Part shown: positions 1-9,187 of the stretch, in pieces
How positions within the stretch are numbered: the first letter of the stretch is position 1
How the letters are laid out: every line of letters starts with the position of its first letter
Assembly: GCA_046090965.1 (NCBI GenBank)
Contig: JBJTAU010000268.1
Coordinates: forward strand, 1-45,974
DNA from: Limisphaerales bacterium
GTDB taxonomy: Bacteria; Verrucomicrobiota; Verrucomicrobiia; Limisphaerales; SXTU01
DNA length: 45,974 nt
Direction: 5' to 3'
The notes under the pieces: generated by a model
The model's input: the letters and a program-made list of their open reading frames with translations, nothing else
The model's database searches: none
Told to the model about the DNA's origin: nothing
Program-made: the position numbers and the translations under genes

Positions 1-677
1 GGCAAACCGGAGTTGGGATTGGTGAGGCCGGACTTGGTGAATGCGGCGAGGGCGGCGGCGGGACTGTGATCCGCACGTCGGCCGAGGGCGATTTGCAAAG
101 CCTCGTTGCGCGCCGAGCCGGGCGGGAGTGTCTGCTCCCACGCGAGCGCGGCGGAACTGTCTGCGTCCGCCCAGACTCCGAGCACGGCACTGGTGGCGGC
201 GCGTCGCTCCGCCGGGCGGGCAAGTTGCTGGGCGAAACGGAGTGCGCCCGCGGCGTCCACCGATGCCCAGCGGGAGAGCAGGGCTTGAAGCACGGCGTCG
301 CGCTCGTCGCGCCGGCCCAACTGCTCGAAGAGGCGGACTACCTGGGGCACGTCAACGGGGGCGACGCGCTCGGCGAGTTCGATCAACTTATCTAAGCGCT
401 GCTCCGTGTGACTGATCCGCAGCGCTGCGGCGAAGGCGGCCGTGAAATCCTCGGCGGTCAAGGGCGGCAGCGGCGGCTCTACTTCCAGCGGTGGCGCGTT
501 AGTGCGGCTGGCCGGTGGACGGGCGAGCGCCGGCAGGACTTTGGACCCGCTGTCCGATCCCCGGATGACGCCCGGCTCTGGGCTGGAACGGGACAGCAGC
601 GTCCGGTCGGCCAGCACGCCAAGGCCCGCGCCCAGCAGCAGCCACAGAGCGGCGAGGGCGAGATCCTTTGGTTTCAT
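1..677 (-). CDS. hypothetical membrane-anchored helical-repeat protein (partial; 3' end lies outside the window)
   Basis: Absent from the ORF track because it runs off the edge. Reverse complement from ATG (cat at 675-677) reads MKPKDLALAALWLLLGAGLGVLADRTLL... with no stop down to base 1. Hydrophobic N-terminus, then Ala/Leu/Arg-rich helical sequence. No family recognised. Confidence 0.5.
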   Translation of the reverse strand, partial: MKPKDLALAALWLLLGAGLGVLADRTLLSRSSPEPGVIRGSDSGSKVLPALARPPASRTNAPPLEVEPPLPPLTAEDFTAAFAAALRISHTEQRLDKLIELAERVAPVDVPQVVRLFEQLGRRDERDAVLQALLSRWASVDAAGALRFAQQLARPAERRAATSAVLGVWADADSSAALAWEQTLPPGSARNEALQIALGRRADHSPAAALAAFTKSGLTNPNSGL

Positions 678-866
678 GTGCGGGTTGCTTCCGTGCGCGG
701 CGATGGGGAACTTATCCGCTGTGACCGGCACGGGGGCAAACAGAATTCTCGCGCGCGCTCAAGCCAGCCTGGCACTGGCCTTCGCCCGCCCAACCGACGT
801 GCCTCGGTGAATTCCCGCCCTCGCCCGCCAGTCCTTTCCCCTCGTCGCAGACAACCAACCTTCGCC

Positions 867-1952
867 ATGAAACTGTCCCACTTCCTTCCTTTCGCCGCCG
901 CATTGGTCCTCGCCACCGCGAGCGCCGAGGCTGCCGCCAAGAAGATCCTCGTCATCACGCAATCCAAGGGCTTTCAGCACAATCCGGTGAAGCGGCCCGC
1001 GCCCGACCAGCTCTGCCTCGTCGAGCAGCAGATGAAGGAACTCGGCGAGAAGTCCGGCGTCTTCACCACCGAGAATTCGCAGGACGCCATCGCCGCGTTG
1101 ACGAAGGAGAACCTGGCCAAGTTCGACGCGGTCTTCTTCTACACCACGGGCACGCTGTTGCCGGCGGGCGAGCCGCGCGAGGCGCTCATGGATGTCGTGA
1201 AGAGCGGCAAGGGCTTCATCGGCACGCACAGCGCCACCGACACCTTCCACGACTTCAAGGGCTACACCTCGCTCATCAACGGGCGCTTCGCCGGACATCC
1301 TTGGGGCAGCGGCACCCAATGCAGCTTCGTGAACCACGAGCCCGGCCATCCCGTCGTGGCGATGCTCGGCAGCGAGTTCCAGTGGAAGGACGAGATCTAT
1401 CAATACAACGACTACGATCCGAAGGCCGTGCGCGTGCTCTACAGCCTCGACATGGCGAAGACCTCGCCCAAGCGCCCCTACCTCGTGCCCGTCTGCTGGG
1501 TGCGCGAGTTCGGCACCGGCCGGCTCTTCTACACGAACCTCGGCCACAACGACGCCACTTGGAAGGACGCCAAATACCATGAGCACCTCCTCGCGGGCAT
1601 CAAATGGTCGTTGAAGCTCATCGACGGCCCGGCCACCCCGAATCCCGACGTGCAGCAGGCACACCACAACCATTCCGTCGTCGCCTTCGCCGCGTCGCTC
1701 GCGGGCAAGGACGCCGCCCCTTACGTCGCCAAGGCCAAGGCGAGTCCCCAGTGGCTTGCAAACGTGGTCGCCGCCGCCAACGCCGCGAGCAAGGCGCAGG
1801 ACGCCGTCGGTGCCGTGCGCGATCCCGACCCGAAGAAAACCAAGCCCGAAGACCTCGAGGAACAAAAGGCCCTCGCCAAGGCCAAGCGCATCGCCGCGCA
1901 AGCCCAGTTCGAGGAGGAAAAGAAGAAGCTCCTCGCCACGCTGGAAAAGTAA
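867..1952 (+). CDS. ThuA-like (trehalose-utilisation family) secreted protein with Lys/Ala-rich C-terminal tail
   Basis: Internal ATG 867 of track ORF 408-1952 gives signal peptide MKLSHFLPFAAALVLATASAEA, then KKILVITQSKGFQH...GTHSATD...LFYTNLGHN, typical of ThuA. The 408-866 part of the ORF is Arg/Gly-rich junk. Confidence 0.85.
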   Translation: MKLSHFLPFAAALVLATASAEAAAKKILVITQSKGFQHNPVKRPAPDQLCLVEQQMKELGEKSGVFTTENSQDAIAALTKENLAKFDAVFFYTTGTLLPAGEPREALMDVVKSGKGFIGTHSATDTFHDFKGYTSLINGRFAGHPWGSGTQCSFVNHEPGHPVVAMLGSEFQWKDEIYQYNDYDPKAVRVLYSLDMAKTSPKRPYLVPVCWVREFGTGRLFYTNLGHNDATWKDAKYHEHLLAGIKWSLKLIDGPATPNPDVQQAHHNHSVVAFAASLAGKDAAPYVAKAKASPQWLANVVAAANAASKAQDAVGAVRDPDPKKTKPEDLEEQKALAKAKRIAAQAQFEEEKKKLLATLEK

Positions 1953-1960
1953 TTGCCATC

Positions 1961-2039
1961 GCCCGCGGATAACGCGGAACACACAGATCAAGAATCTTCG
2001 CCCCTCCCCTTATCCGTGTCATCCGCGCCATCCGCGGGC
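1961..2039. repeat. imperfect hairpin built from tandem ~9-nt units (GCGGATAAC type)
   Basis: Left arm GCCCGCGGATAACGCGGAACACACAGAT (1961-1988) pairs with right arm CTTATCCGTGTCATCCGCGCCATCCGCGGGC (2009-2039). Same family as 39336-39422 and half-copy 9151-9173. Confidence 0.8.
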
Positions 2040-2053
2040 CGAAAGAATCATTT

Positions 2054-2668
2054 ATGAAAAACCTGTTCCTCATCCTCACCGCCCTCGCCCTCACCCTCAC
2101 CTCGTTCGCCGCGGACTAGGAAGACGGCTTCAAGCCCATCTTCAACGGCAAGGGCACCACCGGCTGGAAGCTCCGTCGCGCCGACGGCCACAACAGTTGG
2201 ACCGTCGAAGACGGCGTGCTCAAGAACACCGTCAACAAGGGCGAGCACGGCACCGACCTCGTCACCGAGCAGAAGTATTGGAACTTCACCGTGCGCTACG
2301 AGTTCATGGTGCCCGACGGCTCCAACAGCGGCTTCTACCTGCGCGGCCGGCACGAGATTCAGATCCTCGGCGACTTCAAGAGCGGCAAGCCCAGCAAGAC
2401 CGGCAACGGCGCGATCTACAACCAGACCGCGCCCAGCGAATTCGCCAGCAAGCCCGGCGGCGAATGGCAGACCTGCGAAGCCACCATCATCGGCAACAAG
2501 ATCACCGTCATCCTCAACGGGAAGAAGATCCACGACGCCGTCGAGTGCAACGTCGCCACCGGCAGCGAGATTGACCGGAACGTGACCGAGCCCGGCCCGC
2601 TCTTCCTCCAAGGCGACCACGGCACCGTCTGGTTCCGCAACATGCGGATCAAGGAATTGGCGAAGTAA
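2054..2668 (+). CDS. DUF1080 (3-keto-disaccharide hydrolase-like) secreted protein interrupted by an in-frame TAG at 2117-2119
   Basis: ATG 2054 encodes signal peptide MKNLFLILTALALTLTSFAAD, then TAG. The same frame continues EDGFKPIFNGKGTTGWK...LFLQGDHGTVWFRNMRIKEL (DUF1080 hallmarks). The track shows only the 2216-2668 remnant. Confidence 0.75.
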
Positions 2669-3016
2669 GCGTCCGGCCGAGCGCAGCTAAGTTTCCTAGC
2701 GACGCCAATCGCGGGCCTCGCAGGCCAGAGGCTTCCCAGCCATTGGCCAGGGGTATCGATGACCGATGCCATCGCGCCGACGCCCCTACGATCGCGATTT
2801 GAGGGGCCAAATACCCCTTGCCAGCCGCCGCCCGGCCGCTAGTGTCCGCCCCGCCTGAACGCCGTGAGTGCGGCGATTCATTGAGGCTGAGAAACGTCGG
2901 TCAACAACGCAACCTAACCCTTAACCTCCGTTGCCCTGCAACGTCGGTCGTTAGGCAATGGAGCCTTCGCCGGGCCTTCGCCCGCCTAGTCTCCCGCAGT
3001 CACACACACAGTAAGT

Positions 3017-4672
3017 ATGCTAACCATGGAAGAAGCCATGCGCGCGAGCTCGAAACGCTTTGCCGCTGGTGAAATTGTCAAAGGCATCATCCTCGAAGTC
3101 CGCAACAAGGAAGTCCTCGTGGACATCGGCTACAAATCCGAGGGCGTCGTCTCCCGCAGCGAGTTTCTTGAACCCGACGCCATCAAGGTCGGGGACGAGA
3201 TTGATGTGCTCATCGAGAAGCTCGAAGACAAGGAGGGCATGGTCATCCTCTCCCACGAGCAGGCGGAGTTTAAGAAGAACTGGGACCGCATCCGCACCAT
3301 CTGCCAGGAGGGCGGCACCGTCTCCGGCAAGGTCAAGGCCATCGTCAAGGGCGGCCTCATCGTCCACATCGGCGTCGAGGCGTTCCTGCCCGCGTCGCAG
3401 ATTGACATCATCCCGCCCAAGAACCTGACCCCGATGCTGGGCAACAACTATGATTTCAAGGTCGTCAAGATCAACGAGGACCGCCGCAATGTCGTCCTCT
3501 CCCGCCGCGAGCTGATCGAGGCCGAGCGCTCCGAGCGCCGCGGCAAGCTCCTGGGCGAGATGACGCCTGGCGACATCCGCAAGGGCACCGTCAAGAACAT
3601 CACCGACTTCGGCGCGTTCATTGACCTCAACGGCCTCGACGGCCTCCTCCACATCACCGACATGAGCTGGGGCCGCATCGGCCACCCGAGCGAAATCCTC
3701 AAGGTCGGCCAGGAACTCGATGTCGTCGTGCTCGACGTGAACAAGGAGAAGGAACGCGTCAGCCTCGGCCTCAAGCAGAAGCTCGCCAACCCGTGGGAGG
3801 CCATCGAGAGCAAGTTCCCCGTCGGCGCGAAGGTCAAGGGCAAGGTCGTCAACCTCGTTGCCTACGGCGCGTTCGTCGAACTCGAACCCGGCGTCGAAGG
3901 CCTCGTCCACGTCACCGAACTCTCTTGGGCCAAGCGCATCGCCAAGCCCTCGGACGTCCTTAAGGCCGGCCAGGAAGTCGAAGCCGTCGTCCTGGGCATC
4001 AACCGCGAGGAGCAGAAAATCTCCCTCGGCATCCGCCAGCTCGAATCCAACCCGTGGGAAGCCGCGCAGGGCAAATACCCGCCCGGCACCAAGATCAAGG
4101 GCAAGGTCCGCAACCTCACCAGCTACGGTGCCTTCGTCGAGCTTGAGGAAGGCCTCGACGGCATGGTGCACGTGTCCGACATCTCGTGGACGCGCAAGAT
4201 CAACCACCCCTCCGAAGTCTTCGAGAAGGGCACCGAGGTCGAAGCCGTCGTGCTCGAGATCGACAAGACCAACCAGCGCATTTCGCTGGGCATGAAACAA
4301 CTCGGCACCGACCCGTGGTCCAGCATTGACCAGTTCTACAAGGTCGGCGACCTCGTCACCGGCAAGGTCACCAAACTCGCCAGCTTCGGCGCGTTCATCG
4401 GCCTGGCCCACGACATTGATGGCCTCGTCCACATCAGCCAGATCAGCGAAGAGCGCGTGGACAAGATCAAGAACGTGCTCAACGCCGGCCAGGAAGTGAC
4501 CGCGCGCGTGGTGAAGATTGACCGCGCCGAGCGCCGCATCGGCCTGTCCATCAAGGCCGCGAACTACAGCCCCGAGCAGCTCAAGGAAGAGCAGAAGATC
4601 CTCGACGCGCTCAAGCCCGGCGAGGACCTCGTCGCGCTCCAGCACGCGTTCGACGCCGCCGAGGATCGCTAA
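3017..4672 (+). CDS. rpsA: 30S ribosomal protein S1
   Basis: 551 aa with six S1 repeats (e.g. GxVxxItdFGAFIDL / GLVHISE-type motifs). The start could be ATG 3017 or ATG 3026. Confidence 0.95.
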   Translation: MLTMEEAMRASSKRFAAGEIVKGIILEVRNKEVLVDIGYKSEGVVSRSEFLEPDAIKVGDEIDVLIEKLEDKEGMVILSHEQAEFKKNWDRIRTICQEGGTVSGKVKAIVKGGLIVHIGVEAFLPASQIDIIPPKNLTPMLGNNYDFKVVKINEDRRNVVLSRRELIEAERSERRGKLLGEMTPGDIRKGTVKNITDFGAFIDLNGLDGLLHITDMSWGRIGHPSEILKVGQELDVVVLDVNKEKERVSLGLKQKLANPWEAIESKFPVGAKVKGKVVNLVAYGAFVELEPGVEGLVHVTELSWAKRIAKPSDVLKAGQEVEAVVLGINREEQKISLGIRQLESNPWEAAQGKYPPGTKIKGKVRNLTSYGAFVELEEGLDGMVHVSDISWTRKINHPSEVFEKGTEVEAVVLEIDKTNQRISLGMKQLGTDPWSSIDQFYKVGDLVTGKVTKLASFGAFIGLAHDIDGLVHISQISEERVDKIKNVLNAGQEVTARVVKIDRAERRIGLSIKAANYSPEQLKEEQKILDALKPGEDLVALQHAFDAAEDR

Positions 4673-4699
4673 CCCGCTCCACGGCAGAACCGGTTTCGC

Positions 4700-4736
4700 A
4701 ACCGGCAGGCCAGCGATGGCCTGCCGGTTTTTCTTT
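4700..4736 (+). terminator. Rho-independent terminator after rpsA
   Basis: Perfect 10-bp stem CCGGCAGGCC (4702-4711) / GGCCTGCCGG (4718-4727), 6-nt loop, then TTTTTCTTT. Confidence 0.85.
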
Positions 4737-4934
4737 GCGGTGTCTCGCTGGTCGGAAAGGCGGAGTCGCTCAATGCGCTTGCCAGCCAAGCGAACGTCCC
4801 GGTGGGGACGTAACTGGGCGCACCTGCCCGGGATTTCGGAGCGGAGCAAAGCGTCCGGGAGTTGGCACCGGGAAAAGTGATTCCTGCCAACTTCGGCGTT
4901 TGCATCGGTCACACTCCCTGCCAGCCTGAGCGTC

Positions 4935-6539
4935 GTGAAAGCCGTTCGTCTCCGGGTCCCCGCCTTTGGATTGCGGGCCACGCTCACCGCGCTGGTGATG
5001 GTCGTCGCGTGCGCCGGCCGGCTTGCTGCCGCCGTTGCGATCACGGAACTGCCGGACCGCCTCCGCGTGACGATTGATGGCGAGGTGTTCACGGAGTGGC
5101 GGCACCAGGATTGGGTCGGGCCGTATCTCTATCCCGTCATCGGACCCAACGGCGAGAACGTCACGCGGCACTTTCCGATGAAGGCGGGCGTGCCGGGCGA
5201 GGACGCGGATCATCCGCACCATCGCTCCATCCGCTTTTCGCACAGCGATGTGAACGGGTTCAACTTCTGGTGGTCTCCGCCCAAACCCAAACCCGGCCAG
5301 TCCGCCGAGGTGAAACTCGAGAAGGTCGAACGCCTCAGCTCAGGCCAGACCGGCGAAGTGGTGCTGTGGAATCAATGGCTTGGCGACGGCAAGCTGGTGT
5401 TGCGTGAAAAGGTGCGGCTCGCGTTCACGCCGCTGGCGAACCGGCAGGTGCTGATGGATTACGACGTGGAATTGCAGGCGGCGAATGCGCCGGTCGTCTT
5501 CGGCGACAAGCGCGACGGCGGCTTGCTCGTGCGCGTGGCGGGCACAATGAAGGTCGAGTCGGAGAAGGGTGAGAAGGGCAGCGGCACCATCGTGAACAGT
5601 CGCGGCGATCGCAACGAGGCCGCGTGGGGGAAACGCGCCGAGTGGACGGATTACTTCGGGCCGGACGCGAGCGGCAAGACGGTGGGCATCGCCATGTTTG
5701 ACCATCCCACGAACCTGCGTTTTCCCACGCACTGGCACGCGCGGACTTACGGGCTGATGACGGCGAACCGCTTCGGCACGGATCACTTCAAGGGCAACTA
5801 CGGCGACCACAAGACGGTCATCTGCCGCCCGCACGGCACGAACTGTCCCGCGTGCAACTCGCACTCGGGAGACTTCACGCTCGCAGCCGGCCAGACGCTC
5901 ACGTTGCGCAACCGCTTCTACTTCCACCACGGCGACGCGCAACTCGCGCAAGTCGCGGCGCAATACGCCCGCTACACGGCGGATCCGGACGCGGTGCTCG
6001 GTCGGATGCGGGCCTTGCAGCAGGAGCGGAAGTGGAAGGAACTCATTGAGCAGTTCGGCACGGAGGACTTCGCGGCCTGGCCGGCGAAGGGAAAGGCTGG
6101 CGAGGCGCTGCATTTGCGCGGGCAGATTTACTCTTTCCTGAAGGACGGAGCGAAGGCCGAGGCCGACTTGAAAGCCGCCACGCAGCTCGTGCCCAACGAC
6201 TCCACGATCTGGCTCACGCTCGGCGATAATTACGTGAACAATCTGAACGACGATGAGAGGGCGCTGGCCGGGTATCGCCGAGCGTTCGCCATCACCGGCA
6301 AGGGCCAGGGTTGGCAGCCGCTGACCGCCACGGTGTCCATCGCGCGCATTCTCACCAGCCAGGTGAAACCGGACGAGGCGCTCGCCGTGCTTGGCCAATA
6401 CGGCGATCTCTCCGGCATGGCCACGAGCTGGCGCATCCAGTTGCTCCGCGCCTACGGCCACGCTTACGCCGCGCAGGGCAAGGAGAAGGAATCGCTCGCA
6501 AAATTCCGCGAGGCGCTGGCGCTGGAGGCCAAGCCGTGA
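4935..6539 (+). CDS. PmoA-like (PF14100/DUF6807-type) protein fused to a C-terminal TPR domain
   Basis: GTG start with signal/anchor sequence. GPYLYPVIGPNGENVTRHFPMK...DHPHHRSIRFSH is typical of the PmoA-like family that accompanies ThuA and Gfo/Idh/MocA genes. The C-terminal 150 aa are TPR-like. Confidence 0.8.
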   Translation: MKAVRLRVPAFGLRATLTALVMVVACAGRLAAAVAITELPDRLRVTIDGEVFTEWRHQDWVGPYLYPVIGPNGENVTRHFPMKAGVPGEDADHPHHRSIRFSHSDVNGFNFWWSPPKPKPGQSAEVKLEKVERLSSGQTGEVVLWNQWLGDGKLVLREKVRLAFTPLANRQVLMDYDVELQAANAPVVFGDKRDGGLLVRVAGTMKVESEKGEKGSGTIVNSRGDRNEAAWGKRAEWTDYFGPDASGKTVGIAMFDHPTNLRFPTHWHARTYGLMTANRFGTDHFKGNYGDHKTVICRPHGTNCPACNSHSGDFTLAAGQTLTLRNRFYFHHGDAQLAQVAAQYARYTADPDAVLGRMRALQQERKWKELIEQFGTEDFAAWPAKGKAGEALHLRGQIYSFLKDGAKAEADLKAATQLVPNDSTIWLTLGDNYVNNLNDDERALAGYRRAFAITGKGQGWQPLTATVSIARILTSQVKPDEALAVLGQYGDLSGMATSWRIQLLRAYGHAYAAQGKEKESLAKFREALALEAKP

Positions 6540-6578
6540 AGGACGTGCGCTGGCACGTGGCAAACGAACCGAGTCATG

Positions 6579-6610
6579 GTCGCGCGAAGGCCGCGAAGGG
6601 GGCGAAGGAC
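6579..6610. repeat. solo arm of the GCGAAGG tandem-unit family
   Basis: GTCGCGCGAAGGCCGCGAAGGGGGCGAAGGAC contains three GCGAAGG cores at 9-nt spacing. It starts like the left arm at 18188 (GCGCGAAGG...). No complementary arm nearby. Confidence 0.6.
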
Positions 6611-6628
6611 TGGCGGCCCCGTAATGAG

Positions 6629-8020
6629 GTGGGCGCGCCATCGGAGCGCATCGCCTGCGCAGCTCAAGTCTTCGGCTCGGCCCTCGCCCCCGTCGGGGTC
6701 TTCGCGCGACAGCTCCTCGTGCTGCTGGCGTTTGCCAACATCCCTTGCGCCGCCGCCGCTGCGCTCTGGGCCGGCACGGCGAAGGTCGAGATCACGCCCA
6801 CCGAGGACGCCGCGGTGAACCTGTCCGGCCAGCCGTTGCGCCTGCGCGATCCGCTCTTCGCCCGCGTGCTCGTGCTCAAGGACGCCAAAACCTCCGTGGC
6901 CATCGTGTCGGCGGACCTGATCGTTTTCGCGTCGCCGAAAGTCATCGCCGAGGCGAAGCGCCAGTGGGGCGTGGACCACGTCATTCTCACTGCCACCCAC
7001 ACGCACGCAGCGATGGCGCCGCGCGGCCTGCTGATCAAACCTCCCACCGCGCCCGACTGGACGCGTCACGCCAACGGCCCGTCCACCTCAGTCAACTGGC
7101 TCAAGCTCTCCGACGATCCTTGGTATGCCGCGACCGAGGCGAAGGTCATCGCCGCCATCGGCAAGGCGATGCAAAGCCTCTTCCCCGCGCGGCTGGCCTC
7201 CGGCAAGGGCTCGTATGACAGCGCTTACATGGCGCACAACCGCCGCGACGTCCGGCCCGACCGCGTGCTGCCGCTCAGGGAAAATCCCAACCGCCGACCC
7301 ACGCAGCCCGTGGACCCGACCGTCGGCGTGCTGCGCGTCGAGGACTTGTCCGGCAAGCCGCGCGCCTTCGCGGTGCATTACGCCTGTCATCCCGTGGCGC
7401 TCATGGCCGCCGGCGTGGTGTCGCGCGACTATCCCGGTGCGATGGTGGACCACCTCGAGCAGGAACTGGGCGGCGACTGCATGGCGATGTTTCTCCAAGG
7501 CGCGTCGGGCGACCTTGACCCTTACGACCTCCACAATCTGCGCGGCGAGAACCGGTTTAACATCGTGAAGCAAGCCGGCATCGCGCTTGGCAAGGCCGCG
7601 CTTCAGCTCGCGGCGAAACTCAAAGCCCCGCCGACCAGCGCGCAGCCCGTGCTCGAAGTAAAAGAGAGCTTGCTCACGATCCCGCACCGCAGTGGCCCGC
7701 AGAGCACCGAGGTCGGCCTGCTCACCGTCGTCATCCAGCGCGACCTCGCGCTGGTGGCCATCCCCGGCGAGCCGTTCGTGCAGCACCAGCTCGACCTCAC
7801 GGCGAAGTCGCCCGTGCCCAACGCCTTCATCCTCGGCCTGGCCTACAGCGGGCGCGGCACGCCGTTCACCGTTTACCTGCCCACCGTGCAAGCCGTGAAG
7901 GAAGGCGGCTACGGCGCGGCGGAGTGCAGCTTTCTCGCCGCGGATGCCGGCGAGCGGTTGGTGACCACGGCGTTGACAGAAATGCAGGCGATCGTGGGCA
8001 AGACGCCACCCGCCCGATAA
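6629..8020 (+). CDS. neutral/alkaline ceramidase-like hydrolase (N-terminal domain family), secreted
   Basis: ...AKVEITP...LFARVLVLKD...ILTATHTHA...VGVLRVEDLSGKPRAFAVHYACHPV. The start is uncertain: GTG 6629 is preferred because it lies after the solo repeat arm; GTG 6536 overlapping the upstream stop is also possible. The track ORF start at 6311 overlaps the previous gene. Confidence 0.7.
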   Translation: MGAPSERIACAAQVFGSALAPVGVFARQLLVLLAFANIPCAAAAALWAGTAKVEITPTEDAAVNLSGQPLRLRDPLFARVLVLKDAKTSVAIVSADLIVFASPKVIAEAKRQWGVDHVILTATHTHAAMAPRGLLIKPPTAPDWTRHANGPSTSVNWLKLSDDPWYAATEAKVIAAIGKAMQSLFPARLASGKGSYDSAYMAHNRRDVRPDRVLPLRENPNRRPTQPVDPTVGVLRVEDLSGKPRAFAVHYACHPVALMAAGVVSRDYPGAMVDHLEQELGGDCMAMFLQGASGDLDPYDLHNLRGENRFNIVKQAGIALGKAALQLAAKLKAPPTSAQPVLEVKESLLTIPHRSGPQSTEVGLLTVVIQRDLALVAIPGEPFVQHQLDLTAKSPVPNAFILGLAYSGRGTPFTVYLPTVQAVKEGGYGAAECSFLAADAGERLVTTALTEMQAIVGKTPPAR

Positions 8021-8039
8021 CGCCCCATCCTTTTCCACC

Positions 8040-9104
8040 ATGTCCACTCCCCACCTCCGTTCAGCGCCGCTGCTGGCGACGCTCGCCTGTCTTTGGTTCG
8101 GTGCGCCGGGACCTTTCGCGGCCGAGCCACTTGCTCCAGCGAAGCCCGTCGCGCTTCGCCCACTGCTCGTTGAAGGCGGTGGCCAACTCATCACCACCTC
8201 GGCCGGTTGGAAGAAACAGCGCGCAGCGATCCGGGCGGAGTGGCAGGCGTTCCTCGGCGCGTTCCCCAACGAGAAAGCGCCGCTGAAGGCCGAAGTTCTC
8301 TCCACCGAAACGCTTTCCGAGTTCACCCGCCAGCTCGTGAAGTATCAGGTCGAGGACGGCGTGTTCACCGACGCCTACTTGCTCACGCCGCGCAACCTCT
8401 CCGGCAAGCTGCCCGGCATCGTGGTCTTCCACCAGACCGTGAAATCGCACGCGCAGCAAGCGGCGGGCATTGATGCCTCCGTGCCCGAACTCATGCACGG
8501 CGTGCAGCTCGTGAAGCGCGGCTACGTGGTCATCTGCCCGCGCTGCTACATCTTCGGCGAGGGCGCGGGCATCGCCGAGTGGGCCAAGCGCGAACTGGCC
8601 CGCCGACCGGCCTGGACCGGCATGGCGCGCATGACGTGGGACGGCATCCGCGCGGCGGACTATCTGGAATCACTGCCTCATGTGGATCGCGAACGCATCG
8701 GCTGCCTCGGCCACTCGCTCGGGGCGAAGGAAGTGCTCTACGCCGCCGCGTTCGAGGAGCGGTTCAAGGTCGCGGTCTTCAGCGAAGGCGGCATCGGCCT
8801 GACCTTCAACAACTGGGACGCGCCGTGGTATCTCGGCCCGCGCATCAAGCAGCCCGGCTTCACGCGTGAGCACCACGAACTCATCGCGCTGATCGCGCCG
8901 CGCCCGTTCCTCCTGCTCGCCGGCAATTCCGCTGACAGCGACCGCAGCGCCGCCTTGGTCGAAGCTGCGCGGCCCGTTTACGAACTGCTCGGCGCGAAGG
9001 ACCGCGTCCGCCTGCTGAACCACCGCCAAGGCCACCGCTACCCCGCCGACGCGCAAACCGCTGCCGAGGAACTGCTCGATCCACATCTCAAGGCAAAGCG
9101 GTGA
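8040..9104 (+). CDS. secreted alpha/beta hydrolase, dienelactone-hydrolase/acetylxylan-esterase-like
   Basis: Signal peptide, GHSLG nucleophile elbow, overall DLH-like layout. Confidence 0.7.
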   Translation: MSTPHLRSAPLLATLACLWFGAPGPFAAEPLAPAKPVALRPLLVEGGGQLITTSAGWKKQRAAIRAEWQAFLGAFPNEKAPLKAEVLSTETLSEFTRQLVKYQVEDGVFTDAYLLTPRNLSGKLPGIVVFHQTVKSHAQQAAGIDASVPELMHGVQLVKRGYVVICPRCYIFGEGAGIAEWAKRELARRPAWTGMARMTWDGIRAADYLESLPHVDRERIGCLGHSLGAKEVLYAAAFEERFKVAVFSEGGIGLTFNNWDAPWYLGPRIKQPGFTREHHELIALIAPRPFLLLAGNSADSDRSAALVEAARPVYELLGAKDRVRLLNHRQGHRYPADAQTAAEELLDPHLKAKR

Positions 9105-9150
9105 GCCAGCCGGTTTTGGATTTCCTGCCCCCGACATGACACACAAATAC

Positions 9151-9173
9151 GTGTCCATCCGCGCCATCCGCGG
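9151..9173. repeat. solo arm of the GCGGATAAC-type family
   Basis: GTGTCCATCCGCGCCATCCGCGG is nearly identical to right arm 2016-2038. No left arm is present. Confidence 0.6.
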
Positions 9174-9187
9174 TTAAGCTTCAGCCT

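Noticed and set aside
2893-2949. 10-nt direct repeat AACGTCGGTC (2893-2902 and 2940-2949) in the rpsA leader, a possible S1 autoregulatory structure.
   Set aside because: A single short repeat is too little evidence. I could not derive a convincing fold or pseudoknot by eye.
3020-5092. 690-aa minus-strand ORF antisense to rpsA. Similar long antisense ORFs occur at 759-1991, 13822-15501, 16491-18446, 23883-25475, 34956-36464 and 11439-13148.
   Set aside because: These are typical stop-poor shadow frames of G+C-rich coding DNA. Their translations are Arg/Gly/Ala/Val-rich low-complexity sequence with no recognisable motifs. Each lies opposite a gene with strong family signatures.
6311-6628. Upstream part of track ORF 6311-8020, which would give the ceramidase-like protein a ~100-aa Arg-rich N-terminal extension.
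   Set aside because: It overlaps the 3' end of the PmoA-like/TPR gene in another frame. It also includes a solo repeat arm (6579-6610) translated as GRAKAAKGAKD. The hydrophobic signal-like segment begins only after GTG 6629.
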